63,749 nucleotides of DNA, filler included, from Licmophora abbreviata (GCA_900291995.1; 19 parts of 19 records of this genome joined end to end with filler, not necessarily neighbours in it), one strand, 5' to 3'; shown: positions 23,412 to 36,595, counted from the first letter of the whole stretch. Numbers and translations are program-made. Notes: generated by a model not told the origin, from the letters alone.

Positions 23412-24931
23412 ATGAGCTACGAGCCGCATGAAGACTTCGGGGGCCGCAGTACCGGATCCCCTACTGACTTGGGAGGCGACGAAGCAATCACCAAGCCTGG
23501 AGAGAACGACGTTCTCTGTGGCCGAGGGGGTGGTACCAACAACCACTCTGGAAACATCAAGTTCCGCTCCATGGTCAACGAGCACAAGCTCCGCTATTTG
23601 GCGGCCAGCAAGGTCGACAAGCCCAAGGTCGCTCGTGAAGTCGTCCAAATCTGGCGAGGTCTTACTCCACCGGGGCGATTCTTGGCTCGCAAGGACGACT
23701 CCAGGAAGGGTGCTGGCTCCATCAAGGCCGAAGGCAACATCTGGCACGACGTGGGAGACAAAAAGGCTCGAGAGAAGGCGTCGCAGTGTCTTCGAGAGAG
23801 GACTCCGGACGTGATTCCCTTTGTCAAGGAGCTTCAGCGTCAACAAGACTTCATTACGGGACACGGTCTCAAGTTTGTCGAGCAGCAGATACGCGAACAG
23901 AACGAGTTTGGAGGGCAGGACCCGGCGGCTCCAGCCTACTCCTCTGCGTCAAACCCTCTCCACGACCCTCTCCACGACACCATTCAAGAGCAAGAAGTTG
24001 CGAACGCCTTCTCTCTGGATCACTTCAACTCGCAGGGTGGCTTTCAGCCGTCCCCATCACGTTTCCCAAATCACGGGTCCAACCCCAACACACCTGGCCG
24101 TATGGATTCCCACGGCTTGAATCAAATGTCTCGCGACGAAATGAACCAGTGGTTCGTGCAGAATGACTTGGACCCCGTCCCTCTTCCTCCCGACGTACAA
24201 CAACAGTACCAACAGCAGAATGCTACGCATCCTCAACTCGTTTCTGGGGACTCGCACCTTCCCGTCAACTTTGACNNNNNNNNNNNNNNNNNNNNNNNNN
24301 NNNNNNNNNNNNNNNNNNNTTAATTAATTAANNNNNNNNNNNNNNNNNNNNNNNNNNNNNNNNNNNNNNNNNNNNTCAACTTTGACGAAGCTGTTGATGC
24401 CATAGAAGATGAGATGACTTTGGAAGAGTACCAGAAGTCCCTCGAAGAGTACCTCCGCAACAACAACTTGGGCGCCCCTACCAAGAAGAAGACAAGCCAA
24501 AGACCAAGGCCCACTACAAGGGCGACAAGTCATCCCAGCACGGTCCCGAAGCCCTCGAAGCGATGCGCCAGAACTCCTGGGTCAGGTCGTTCCATTCCAT
24601 CGAAACGAAGGACTCTGGAGCGCAGAAGATCAAGGGCAACAAGAAACGCTCGACGCTCGAAAACACCATTCAGCGTACGCAAATGGGGGCGCTCGCTCGT
24701 CAAGGCCAGTCCACTCGAACCAACTTGACGACCGGTACCGAAATGAGCACCAAGTCGGCACTCAGTGCCATGAGCGGCATTTCCTTGTTCTCCGACATGT
24801 CGGAAGAATCTCGTGCCACCAAGATGAGCATGGCGCAACACTTCCCGTCCAATCTCTCCATGATGTCCGAAATGACTGACTTGAGCGAAACGCTCAACAG
24901 CATGGACCTGAACGGTCATTACGCTTCATGA
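23412..24931 (+). CDS. DUF6824-type diatom protein with Ser/Met-rich tail; spans the 24276 gap and a frameshift at ~24475-24478
   Basis: NDVLCGRGGGTNNHSGNIKFR...PPGRFL...WHDVGDKKAREKASQCLRE; tcaactttgac overlaps both gap edges. Confidence 0.8.
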
Positions 24932-25300
24932 ACGCTGAGGACTTGGCGACGAGATGCGGAATGGGGGCTTTGGACAAACTCTCTAGCTTGTAGTTTACAC
25001 CCAGAGATTGAAATTCATATTATTTGTTGCTCTTTCTGTATGATATAAGGGTCTCGGTCTCTAGATTGTCGTCATCGTCCTGGTCGTCCTGTTCTTCCTC
25101 CGTGCAATCTTAAAGTTGGGCTCTGAACGAAGATCGCACGATTTTTTCACTTTGCAAGATACAAGATACAATGCTCCACATCAACTTTCTTGTACATCCA
25201 CGTGATCCGAGTGCCGCTGCATTGCATGGATGACACAGCCACATCGCGGTGAATACAAGCTCCTTCCGACAACAATGGACATGTAGGTTAACGTTAGGAT

Positions 25301-27363
25301 CTAGTCTAGATCGTCATCGTCCTGTTCTCCCACCGCAGCAACAGCAACTTCGGGTTCGTCGTCCCTGGACACGACAGCAGCGTCTGAGGTCGGTTTTCCT
25401 ACTGGAGGGTTCTCCTCGTCGACCCCGTCATGAGTCACACCCTCTTCACCCGAAGCATCGTCCAGAGACGACGATGGATCTGGACCCAGACCGGCGCCAT
25501 AGACAAAACACGCACAACAACTAAACAGACAGCCCGCCACGAGAAGAAACGGAAAGATAATCCAGACGGCATTGTATGCGCCCTCTTCACCCGGCGCTCG
25601 CTGATACTCTTTTTCCAAATAACCAACAATGAGACACAGGAACATGAGCTGCCATGACAAGCCGCAGCAGTTTAGCTGCGCCTTGGCTTGTGCTTCACGG
25701 GAGCTTGCTTCAGCTTCATCTTGGACCGCCTTCCAATCGCGATAGGTGTCTTGCTCCCACTGCCGGAACGCTTCTGATCCCACACTGGCGTCGTCGTCGT
25801 TGGCTCCTGGAGAGCGGTTGTCGTCGTCTCCCCCTTCATTGGTTTCTTCGTTGCTCCGCGACGCAGTCGCAGCGGCGCTGACAGCACCTCCATCCCCCAA
25901 AGGCACTGACGATGACTGAGAGGTTCCGCTTTTAGTTTCGCCAGTCACAGCATTGTCGTCGCCGTGTGGAATAGATGCATTAAACTCTTGCATACGTCCT
26001 TCTGTCGTCGCAAACGGGGATACGGGACCATCCTCGCCGTCGCGTTCGCGCACGTCGCCATCCACCTCCTCCTCTTTGCCGTCATCGCCTTCCTCGCCAG
26101 ACTCCGGCTCCAAGACGACTTCTTGCCCCGTCACTGTCCCGAAACAACATGTAAAGCAGCTTCCAACAATCCCAAATCCCAAGTACACCCAAAAGGGCAA
26201 AAAGACGATCCACCAACTGATATCAATTCTCCCGTCCACCTTGTTCACCACCATGGCCACAAAGGGCGCCAATATGAGCCAGACAAACAGAAAGGTATTG
26301 AGAGATTCACGAGAGACCATCATGGTGTGTTCGTATTCCGGACTGGCTTCGACCCGCATCGCCTCCAAGTCATCCTCTTCCAGGTCCGGCAGGACTTCGA
26401 CGTCCACCGCAAAATCGGGAGGCACATGCACCAGCACATATTGCGTTTCCAGTTCCTGTCGTTCCTCTTCATTCAATTCGTCATAGGATCGTCCTCCGTC
26501 CAAGATCTTGTGATCCAAATAAGACTGCGTCACCATGCGACTCACCCGACGCCGTGCATGTCGCTTGGTGAGTAGAGCTTGAAAGGACCGCAAGATGAGG
26601 GCCACGTGAATGGGGATGAATACCATTCGATACCTTTCGGTCAGCGTGCCGTCAAAGCGCAAGGCGACTAGAACATTTCCCACGAGCCACAAGAAGTGTT
26701 CGAAGAACGTGAGGAAGACCATGAATTTGCCATTGGCCCGGGGGGTGATGATCCACAGCGCGCCCAAGAGCGCCACGACACAGCCCTGCAGCAAGTAGAG
26801 AGGAATCAGAATGACCACCCAATCTGTATTTTCCAAGGCCCCACCAGAAGATCGATTGTCCTGATTGAGCTTGACGACAATCAAGATGGGCTGGAGCAGC
26901 AGGAGTCCGACAAAGGCCGCACAGAGGAGCACGATCCGGGATTTGGCCGCGCACGAGGAGCGGGAGAGATTCTCGTAGACCTGCTGCGGATGCGCCGCTG
27001 CCTCGCTGCTCACAAAGCGGTATCGCGTCGGCGAACACTGGACAGCATGGTAGCGTTGTCGCTTGGTACTGTCGGAGAGTACGGTATGGGCCTCTTGGAC
27101 TAGAATGAAGTCTTGTTGGGCCTTTCGACGTCGCCGCCGCGCTGCGTGACCTTGTCGGGGTGCAGCTGCAAGCTCTTCTTCTTGTAGGCCTTGCGAATGT
27201 CTTCCAGCGATGCGGACTTGTCCGTGAGGCCGAGGAGTTCGTAATAATCGAGTTCGTTCTTGTCCACCGGGGGCAGCAGTGCACTGCACCAATGGACCAA
27301 GACCCACGTGCCGAGACTCCGCAACGAGTATCGATCGGAAAAGGACCCAAAGGACGAGGACAT
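25301..27363 (-). CDS. DnaJ-domain multi-pass membrane protein (TMEM185-like TM region); frameshift at 27123-27125
   Basis: DYYELLG...IRKAYKKKSLQLHPDK continues as AQQDFILVQEAHTVLSDSTKRQRY in the next frame; repeated W..VFIP.W-type TM motifs. Confidence 0.85.
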
Positions 27364-27749
27364 GGCCAGCGCGCTTTCAATTCTTTATCTTGCGCAGAGA
27401 AACGAAATCTAGAGTCTTGCTTCTCGTGATGGAGTCCAAAGAGAGATCCAAAAGTGTCTAATCGCGCTGCTGTACACCGTCAAGTAACACGAGAGGAGAG
27501 TGACATCCAGCAGATTTTTGGATTTTGTGTGTGTGACTATTTTTCGAAGCGTACGAGTATTCAGTACGAGTATTCGGTGATGTGTCTGTGCGGCGTCAGG
27601 TAAAGAACTAGTAACGCACAGACAAACCTCACGAGTGTCAACGAGAGACNNNNNNNNNNNNNNNNNNNNNNNNNNNNNNNNNNNNNNNNNNNNTTAATTA
27701 ATTAANNNNNNNNNNNNNNNNNNNNNNNNNNNNNNNNNNNNNNNNNNNN

Positions 27750-28655
27750 GAGTCATTCGTTCATGCTCCCTGGAAAGGAGCACGTGTGGATCGTCTTGTA
27801 TTGCGCGATTGTCTGTTTGGCTGGGGCGGATCACCGTTCCTCCCTCGGCTCAGTTCCGACGACACAGCAGTGTGTGGAGCAATCCGATGCCTGCTCACCT
27901 CCACTCACGTCTTTCCGAATCTATTCGAATTTCATTGCTCAAGTTACTTTGCATTCAGTCCTTTCACGTCTGCTCTCTTGAACTCCCGAGTGCTCTTGGA
28001 CATGGCAGAAAGTCGATCGCAGTTGTCGTCAGTGAGACTCACCGGTGTCCCCGGAGCGATAACCGCTGAAGAGCTCACCTCGTTTGCGCGCTCCTTGCCG
28101 GCACTGAAGGACCTTTCGGTTTTCGGCATGATGTGGATGACGGATGATGACGCAGTCGCTCTGTTTCGCCACTTGAGGAACATTCGTACTTTGAACTTGT
28201 GGTCCGTTCCTCGTCTCTCTGATTGTTCGCTGAATGCAATTGCTCAGCATTGTCCAGGTATACAGGGAGTTACGATGAATCATGCTTCGTTATCTACTGA
28301 CGGCGCTAGATCGTTCCTTGAGACCCATGGAGCTACGTTGGAGTTATTGGGTCTGACTGGGTGCAGCTTGCTTGGGGTGGAACTGATCACTCTGATCAAT
28401 CAGTACTCGCCGAACTTGGAAGTAGTCGCTCTAGAGAGATACGAATGGTTCACCGATGACTTGTTCGACTCTCTAGTGAAGGAGCAAATTTTGCATCACT
28501 GTGGAAGACATGGACGTAGCACCATTCCATTGAGGAAGGTAATCGTGGACGGCACACGCGTCACGCGGGCGGGTGTTCGCCAGATAATCGCCAGGCCTGG
28601 GGTCGGATCCATACAGGTTCGTGGAGGTGATGGCTGGGTTGAAAAAGTTGTCTAG
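27750..28655 (+). CDS. Leucine-rich repeat protein, F-box/LRR (AMN1-like) type, 5' truncated
   Basis: Repeats such as LPALKDLSV...MTDDDA, IRTLNLWSVPRLSDCSLNAIAQHCPGI, LELLGLTGCSLL. Confidence 0.75.
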   Translation, partial: ESFVHAPWKGARVDRLVLRDCLFGWGGSPFLPRLSSDDTAVCGAIRCLLTSTHVFPNLFEFHCSSYFAFSPFTSALLNSRVLLDMAESRSQLSSVRLTGVPGAITAEELTSFARSLPALKDLSVFGMMWMTDDDAVALFRHLRNIRTLNLWSVPRLSDCSLNAIAQHCPGIQGVTMNHASLSTDGARSFLETHGATLELLGLTGCSLLGVELITLINQYSPNLEVVALERYEWFTDDLFDSLVKEQILHHCGRHGRSTIPLRKVIVDGTRVTRAGVRQIIARPGVGSIQVRGGDGWVEKVV

Positions 28656-29213
28656 AAGGAGCAAGCACTCGTCGATGGCAGATAGTGGACGTCCGTACAT
28701 CCGACGATGCATTGCGAATAGAGAGGTGGGGTCATGTACGGGTACCTTATTCTTGTTGTCTTCGGTACATTAGCTTTATAATCCGTAACCATATTGCAGT
28801 TTGTCATCTATTGATCAATACTACTGATAGTTGTAGAGTTTGCCCGAGGGAAGGAATGGTTCTCGTATCATACGGCAGCTGTTCCGGATCTCTAGTGTAA
28901 CTATTTGGATGTGCGCTGGCTATAACTTCTCCACCGGTATGATACCGGTCGTCTACAGAGTACTCGCTCTAATGGCGGCGATGGTTCGAGGTGCGCGCTC
29001 CGGTATCGTAAAGAACTCCTCATCGCACTGGGAGCTTCTCCAATGATTCAATGGAATATACAGTTTACCTCCAGACGCTGGAGGGAGAATACTTCGAAAC
29101 ATACGACACCGTTAGTTTGGTAGATGGACGATGGCACGGTATTTTCACAGCGTCAAAAGGACGACGACGGCCTCTCTTCTCTATTTGCCTAGCCTAGGAC
29201 ACAGCGTCTCACC

Positions 29214-30408
29214 ATGTCTCGACTTCAGCAATATCCACTTGCACTTCTTCTACTGCTCACCGTGCTGGTCTTCTCGAGCATTCTCACCCCCGCATCCTCC
29301 GCCGACGATGAATCTCCCGTTCACGTCTTTATACTCGCCGGTCAGAGCAACATGGTCGGTATGGGCAGTTTAGAACACCTCGACGTGCTCATTCACGACG
29401 CCAACTGTACATGCCAAAAGAATCCGTACTACACGAAACTCTGGAACGCGACGAATGATACCTACAAGGTTCGACAGGATGTCTACATCAAGTACCAAGA
29501 TGCGGTTGGTCCACTTACGGTCGACTCAAAGTACGCGGCGCCGCGTCACTTTGGACCCGAACTCATGTTTGGATATACCATGGGCGATTACTTCAACACG
29601 ACCACGACGACGAGTGCTACTTCTTCTGTCTTGTTGATCAAGACTGCCTTTGGTGGACGCAATTTGGCGATTGACTTTCGACCGCCCCGAAGTGGCGAAG
29701 GCAACTACAGCCGCGTCAAGCCATCCCTCTATGGATGGGAGTACCGCGCCATGATTTCCGAAATCAACGACGCCCTCGATCACATGGACGACTATATACC
29801 ATCGACTGCCAAGACGCGCAATTACACGATTGACGGCTTTGTGTGGTTCCAGGGATGGAATGACATGTTGAATTGGAAGTTTGTACGGGAATACGAAACA
29901 AACTTGGCAAACTTGATGCGCGATGTGAGAGTCGAGTTGGACTCTCCCACGTTGCCCTTCATTATTGGGGAACTGGGTATGCATGGACTCAACGATACTG
30001 CGGGGCGGGGGTGGGATCGGGTGCAGGCCATGCGGGAAAGTGAGTACAACGTTACAATGGGACTCTCCGAGTTTTGCAACACGTCTCAGTTTGTGCGCAC
30101 TGCGCCGTATGTGAACACGTCGACTGGTAACTTGTATGGACGTATCTATCATTACNNNNNNNNNNNNNNNNNNNNNNNNNNNNNNNNNNNNNNNNNNNNT
30201 TAATTAATTAANNNNNNNNNNNNNNNNNNNNNNNNNNNNNNNNNNNNNNNNNNNNTATGGGCGGGCCGATACTTATTATCGTATTGGAGAAGAGTTAGGA
30301 AAGGGTATGGTGGAACTGCTGGAACGGAATAAGGAGCGAGGTGGAGATCATTCGAAAGTACGATTTACTCCGCGGCTACGTCGTGGCTGGGAGAGTGCGG
30401 GGTACTAG
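29214..30408 (+). CDS. Secreted SGNH carbohydrate esterase (SASA / sialate O-acetylesterase-like); continues across the 30156 gap
   Basis: VFILAGQSNMVG, FGPELMFG, LIKTAFGG, WFQGWND; YHY then YGRADTYYRIGEELGKGM after the gap; stop at 30406-30408. Confidence 0.88.
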
Positions 30409-30894
30409 TTGAACGTACGATATGATACATGAGATAATTGTAACACTATTGCATATCATCATTGTTCTTCTGAAACTTGAATACCAATCGTTCCCATCGC
30501 ACCAGGAATTCACGATATCACGACAAGTAGTAGGCTACAGTACTACACGCTCCTAGCCGACGAGATATACATCATCACTGTCACAGCGGGCTCTTCTTCG
30601 ATACTCCGTTGACCGCAGCAATCTTTCTCGTTCGCATTCTTCAGCGAGGACGCCCAGATTCACCAAGTGGCGTTGTACATATTTTCATTGTCGTTGCTCA
30701 ATGTTGGTGGATATATCGTCGAAATTAGAACCGGCAAAGACAACCGTTCGTACTCCCTGACAAGAATGACACGGCGGGACTTGTGAATTCGGTCATCACG
30801 ATACACGTTCCAAATAGGTGGCCAAAGCGAGGAGGCTTAGGTTGCAACGGTACAGTCTTTGTGTTTTTGCAATTGATACTTCCTGCGTGACGGA

Positions 30895-32351
30895 CTATGC
30901 AACGGGCGAACTGATGGGGCTCGAAGGAGACACCGGCTGCATGAGAGAAGCTACCGGTGTCGCTACGGGTGAAGCTACAGGAGAGGCGACTGGTGGGGAT
31001 ACGAGAGAGGTGACGGCCGGTGCAGTAATCGATGGAGCGGCTGGCGAACCAACAGGAGATCCAACTGGTGACCCCACAGGTGATCCGACTGGAGATCCGA
31101 CTGGAGATCCGACTGGAGATCCAACTGGAGATCCGACTGGAGATCCGACTGGAGATCCGACTGGTGACCCCACAGGCGATGCGACTGGCAACCCGACTGG
31201 AGATTCGACGGATGGTGCTATTGACGGGGCAGGCAATGGGATACCGGTCGGAGCCGGTTGATCTGTAGGTGCCGACGTGGAAGACACAGGAGCTGCGGGT
31301 GAAGGTGCGTCTGTCAACTGATTCGGTGGACCTGTCGGAGATGCCATTGGAGGCTCAGACGGAGGCGTCGGCTGTATTGGCATTTCTGTTGGTGCTCCTA
31401 TTGGCGCTGCTGTCGACGGCTCAACCGGCGGTGGAGTCGGTGGGTCAGTGGGTGTCTCAACCGGCGGTGGAGTTGGTGGCCCTGTTGGCGCTTCCGTCGA
31501 TGGCATCGTGTCGTACGATAACAACGACAAACGTATCGCGCCAGCTGAAGCTAACATACACAACGCGGGGTGCGCTACATTGGNNNNNNNNNNNNNNNNN
31601 NNNNNNNNNNNNNNNNNNNNNNNNNNNTTAATTAATTAANNNNNNNNNNNNNNNNNNNNNNNNNNNNNNNNNNNNNNNNNNNNGGAGTTGGTGGGTCGGT
31701 CGGTGTCTCAACTGGGGGAGGAGTTGGTGGGTCGGTCGGTGTCTCAACTGGGGGTGGAGTGGGCGACGTTGTCGGCGCTTGTGTCGGTGGCTCAACCGGG
31801 GTTGGCGTCGGTTGTTCTGTCAGTGGCTGAAACGGGGGTGGAGTTGGTAGCGCCGTCGGTGGCATTATTGGAGCTGGCGTATCAGGTAATACCGGGGCCT
31901 CGGACGGCTCCGAAACTGGAGACCCTGGCGCCGTTGGGATCCCTGGCTGCGGTCGTTTGTAGTAGGTTTTATTCCCGATGGCGATACTTTGATCCCATAG
32001 CCTCGTGGAATTCTTTCTTTCGGGCATCGGTCCCCAATGTCTGGGCCTCCCATCTCCATTCCAATTGCTTCGTCGTGGCTTCTTGCCATGCCCACCTGTC
32101 TGGATAGCACTATTCTCGGTTGCCGTCTCTTGTGCCCTTCCAAGTGGTGGCTCCTGTACATCATGCTTTTCTACGACGTAGTATCCCTCTGCTGTCTCTG
32201 TGTTGCTAACGGAGGCGCGATTTGTAAATGTGTGCCTCAGATGTCTAGCTTGACTCGGCTCTGTGTCCCCCGTCCCATCAACCTTCGTTTTCATGCGAAC
32301 GACCGAAGCGAATGCCACAAGCCAAACGAGTGAGGTAGTACATCGCACCAT
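30895..32351 (-). CDS. Secreted Pro/Thr/Ser-rich mucin-like protein spanning the 31584 gap
   Basis: Signal peptide, RHL motif, PTPPPVETPTDPPT repeats on both sides of the gap, (SPVG)n. Confidence 0.7.
31045..31205. repeat. 12-bp coding tandem repeat (ggagatccgact; SPVG on the minus strand)
   Basis: About a dozen consecutive units. Confidence 0.92.
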
Positions 32352-32667
32352 CTACTGTGAGAAGTTCGAATTGAGTCAGGTATGGGGTATTGCGTATGGT
32401 GTATGGCGTACGGATCGGTAAAGGTGACGTTCAAGTGCGTTAGCTTTCCCATTGTTGTTGCTGGCAGACAGAAAACGTGATTGCCCAAGTCACTTTGGCG
32501 CGAAAATGTGAGAAGGGTGGCATAATCGACCAATCCCGAGCAGACACTTCTACGACATCTCTCCTTGGAGCTTCCAATTGTCAAAACGTGTTTCTGGCGC
32601 CCATCTCATTCAAGTTTGGAGGTTCACGTTTGTATCCCCATCACGCTAACCCGCACAAAGGAACGCC

Positions 32668-33953
32668 ATGGAATCGTTGATGAACGGAGGCCCTCTCCAA
32701 GGGGATGACCCCCCCACAGGCCCTCCACAGGGATCATATATCCACATTGCTCCAGCGTCCTCATCAGTTATTCTGAGAAATAAAAGCGCTTCTGTGACCA
32801 ACAAAGGAACGAAACGCTACGCAAAGAGGGTTCCCCCTCTCAACAAAACGCGAATTCTCAAACGTCAGTCAAGAGCGAACGCTTCCATCTCAGGTGCACC
32901 GTCTCGCATTATGCGACGGCCGCATCCTCTGCAACCAAATGGTCGGCCTGTCCCGATTCCTCCTTTTATTCCTCGCACCAACTCTGACCCAATTTCGCCT
33001 TCTCATCACCTGTATCCTCAACCTCGACCTACTCGCCTCTATACATCCCAGTCAATGCCGTATCTACCTCCAGATCTACCAAGAGTGGTATCCACTGGAC
33101 CTACCTCTACTGCCAGGCATACACCTTCTGCCCTGTACCTACCTCCGGCTGTCCAAGCGACTACTAATACTCAAAGCCACCATCGAGCTCCACCGAACTT
33201 CGTGAGGGGTTCCACTCAAGACCTATCGCCCTCCTTCCGTATTCAAGCCATGGCTCCATCTGAATATTCTCCGCAGGGGCGCTCCACCACAAGCTTAACA
33301 CCCAGAATGATCCCACCCCATTACGGGGCGGGAAACGCAGAAGAGACGCGCCATTTGATCGCACCATGGCCCGTATCGAAAGAAAAGAGACCCACGAAAC
33401 CAGTCGCATCCAAGGAAAATGGCTCGACAGCGACACTGACGATGACGAGTATTCTTTTGACATGGAATCAGACACGCCTTTGTCAACCGTCTTTGACAAA
33501 GATCCGGAAGAAAGCACATCGATCGCGTCGTTTGGTGCCAGGCCAGACATGGACGACAAGCGGTTGTTCGCCTTGCTTTGCAAGTTCACAAGAATTTTCT
33601 GTCCCATTAAGGATCTGACACTTCTGAGCGACACGTCGAGTTCAGATGACGGCGACAGTGGCGGTGAAATGGAGGTATCTGAATCCTCTAGTGTCCTTCT
33701 TGGGCATCAAGGACTTGCCCCCGGACGACCAACAGACTCGTGGAGCCTCCCTAGCTCACCTAGCCAACACAGGTCACCACGACGAGTTCGATTTACGGAA
33801 ATGACGACAGCCGCTGAGTCTTCGGAAGAATCGCCAGGTACTCTATCGCCGGCTGGACGCCGTTTGACGACGGGACCTCCACCGTTACCAAGTTCTCCGG
33901 CATCACCTGGTTCTATTTCTTCTGTCGGTTCTCTTTCGTTCGGCAGCCTCTAG
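32668..33953 (+). CDS. Pro/Ser-rich disordered hypothetical protein; probable frameshift at 33276-33279
   Basis: ORFs 32668 and 33366 join as ...SPQGALHHKLN...GGKRRRD if one G is added to gggg. Confidence 0.55.
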
Positions 33954-34365
33954 AGTAATTGACAGTAATTGCCTGTCGCGATGGCGTGTGGATATATTTG
34001 TGACAATGCTGAAGGCTCCTACCCGGTAGAGATACATTAAACATTTCCATCTCATGGCTGAACCAAAATCGGATATAAACTTAGCAATGGACCAGCTCGT
34101 TCAGGGGCGATTCAGCCGGTGCTTTACCCTGTCCCCTGCGATGTCGGTATTCCTAGTGTAGGTATCGGTGGCATACCAAGGGTTCGCTCTTCAGCACTTC
34201 TACAAACAATTAGACAACCGCAAATCAAACGAATTTCGGTTATATGCCGTTTATTGTCGTACGGTAGCTTTCAATTCATAGCCTGGCCGTCAGTAGCCAA
34301 TCCTATCTGAATGCACAGTCTTGTCTGATGCGCGAAAGCAAGCTGGTGGTTGTGGGCCAACCTTG

Positions 34366-36292
34366 TCACTGGGCAACTTGCTCCAGCTTTGTAGATCTCT
34401 CTTTATTGGACTCTTGCCCTTCCCGTGCGGTCCTCATTGTTTCATAATTTTTCTCCTTCATTGTCTCGTTGTTAGATTTGTCGTCGTCGTCGTGGGAGTC
34501 CGCCATAGTTCGCCGCAACGGTGCATCGAATCCAGAAAAGTACCCATACGTCACTGCTGCAATCGCCATGAGCAATACGACGTCACCCCGCAAGTCGCTG
34601 GCGAGTTGCGGAACCTCCGGGAAAAGTTCAAAGTCTTGATGCAATGCAATTTCTGTCAGTGGGACCAGCAGAGCCGAAAACAAGTTTCCTCCAATCTGCT
34701 GCACACTCTCGACTGCCGTCTCGTCGCCCGGATACGTTACATCGACTGCCAGTTCCGCGTTGATAGGTTGTATAGGCCCTGCGGCCATACCCAATCCAAG
34801 CAAACCAGCGATAAGAAGAATAGGTTCGTTTCCAAGCGCGTGATCCGTCAACCCTAGCGGCAACAAAGTGACCATGGTCGCAGCAAGACATGCCAGTGTG
34901 ACCTGTTTGTACTCCTTTGTCCGGTCGACGAGTCCACCAATAATGATTCCACCCAGTAGAATCGCAAATTCAAAACCAGCCCCCGCCAAGTCGATGGTAA
35001 ACTGTTCCGATACTCCACCACGCAACATGAGCTCGTCAATGAATGCCTGCGAAAAGTTAACGGCACATGTGAGCCCATATGTGATCGCAAGCAGGAGCTA
35101 TCACTGCACACTCCATTACTTACTCCTACGACATTTGTGATAGAAATACTGCATATGAATGCCGCAAGGGGTCTTGCAAAGCCTTTGGTAGCAAAAAAAG
35201 TCTTCACGCTGTNNNNNNNNNNNNNNNNNNNNNNNNNNNNNNNNNNNNNNNNNNNNTTAATTAATTAANNNNNNNNNNNNNNNNNNNNNNNNNNNNNNNN
35301 NNNNNNNNNNNNAGTTTCTCTTGTTCCGACGTCGATGGCGGCGACGGAGGCAAGTTCTCGAACTTGAACAGTGTCCCGCCAAACACTATCGTGCTCAACA
35401 AACTCATCAGTCCAAAGTAGCCTATCAAGCCAGAAGTAGAGGTCGCCATGGCGCCTCCCACGAGAAAAGCCGTAGCGATTCCGATTTGATTGAAGTTCAA
35501 CGCCACCGCGGTACTTGTAGCTCGTTCCGATGCGGCGAACCACTGCGCGGAGAGCAGCGGAGGTGTGCATTGAAAGAAGGGCTGTGCAGCACCGACACAG
35601 AGTGTACCCAATACCAAGAGTGGGTACGGTACGAGTTCTGGGGACGACAACATCATGTCTTTGTTCGATACGAGTAATGAGTCAACTCCCAGTGCGTTGG
35701 CGACAGGCATAAGAAATGATACACCACTCCGTAACCAGCATCCGACAGTCATCAAGGCGGCAGCGCCTTGAATCGCCTTTTGCAGTCCCACCCTGTTGAC
35801 CACATCGGTTACAAGAAAACAGCTGGCGACATTGGTAAACAAGAATATATCAATCAACTGCGCCGCCGAGTGTCCAAAGGCAGTCTCGTATGTAGAAGGT
35901 GCCGCAGCAACGCTAAAGCAGACCCAGTCCGATAGTAAGGCCAAGACAGAGAGGAACCCCAGTTGTACCCATCGCTGGGGATATACCTGTATGTGTTCTT
36001 CGTTTGATTTTCCGTTGGGACCGGACGCGTACAGTCGAGACACATGACTCTGACGATGAGGTCTGGGCGCGTGGTATGTAGAGGCAGGGGTGTGACTAGA
36101 GAGACGTCTCTGGGAGATGAAGTCATTTCTGTCTGAAAAGAACAAGACTTTTCTTGGTAACTGTCTTGTGCTGCTCCAATCAGCTACCCCCCTGCTAGTC
36201 GGAGCAAACGCCTCCGAAAGGGAAAAGAGCGACGACTGGTGCAAGGCGAGAAAGCAGGTCACGATGAGTGTTACGTCGAATTTTCTTCTCAT
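34366..36292 (-). CDS. MFS transporter, FLVCR/SLC49-like, with bipartite plastid leader; intron 35047..35123; spans the 35213 gap
   Basis: SEAFAP leader, VYPQRW, AQPF...PLLSAQWF...ER, PPSPPS, ELAVDVTYPGDE; 77-nt GTAAGT...CGCAG intron in frame. Confidence 0.87.
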
Positions 36293-36595
36293 CTTTATTC
36301 TAGCATACCGGTGCGATGAGAATACAGAAGGTGGGAGAGATATCGCAGTGTCAGTGTTGCAGCGTAAACAGTTCTCAAACTCTGCAGCAGATGTGCCTTC
36401 GTTGATGAGGGGTGAGTCGAGTCACCTCTCTAATGCCTCCGATTGATTCTGACGTTCGTTCCAAATCTGGGTTTGATTTTTCTGTGCGAGTGACGACGCG
36501 AAAAAGCTCATCGACTTCAACATCGGCATCCATCGCGCGAATTTGCCCGCGCAAACGTCTGTTTTCGCAGAGCTCCTATTCAGCGCTCATGCAAG

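Noticed and set aside
30818..31268. Plus-strand ORFs with PTGD or LEIR repeats
   Set aside because: The 12-bp repeat is open in several frames; the minus-strand frame has the signal peptide and matching repeats across the gap
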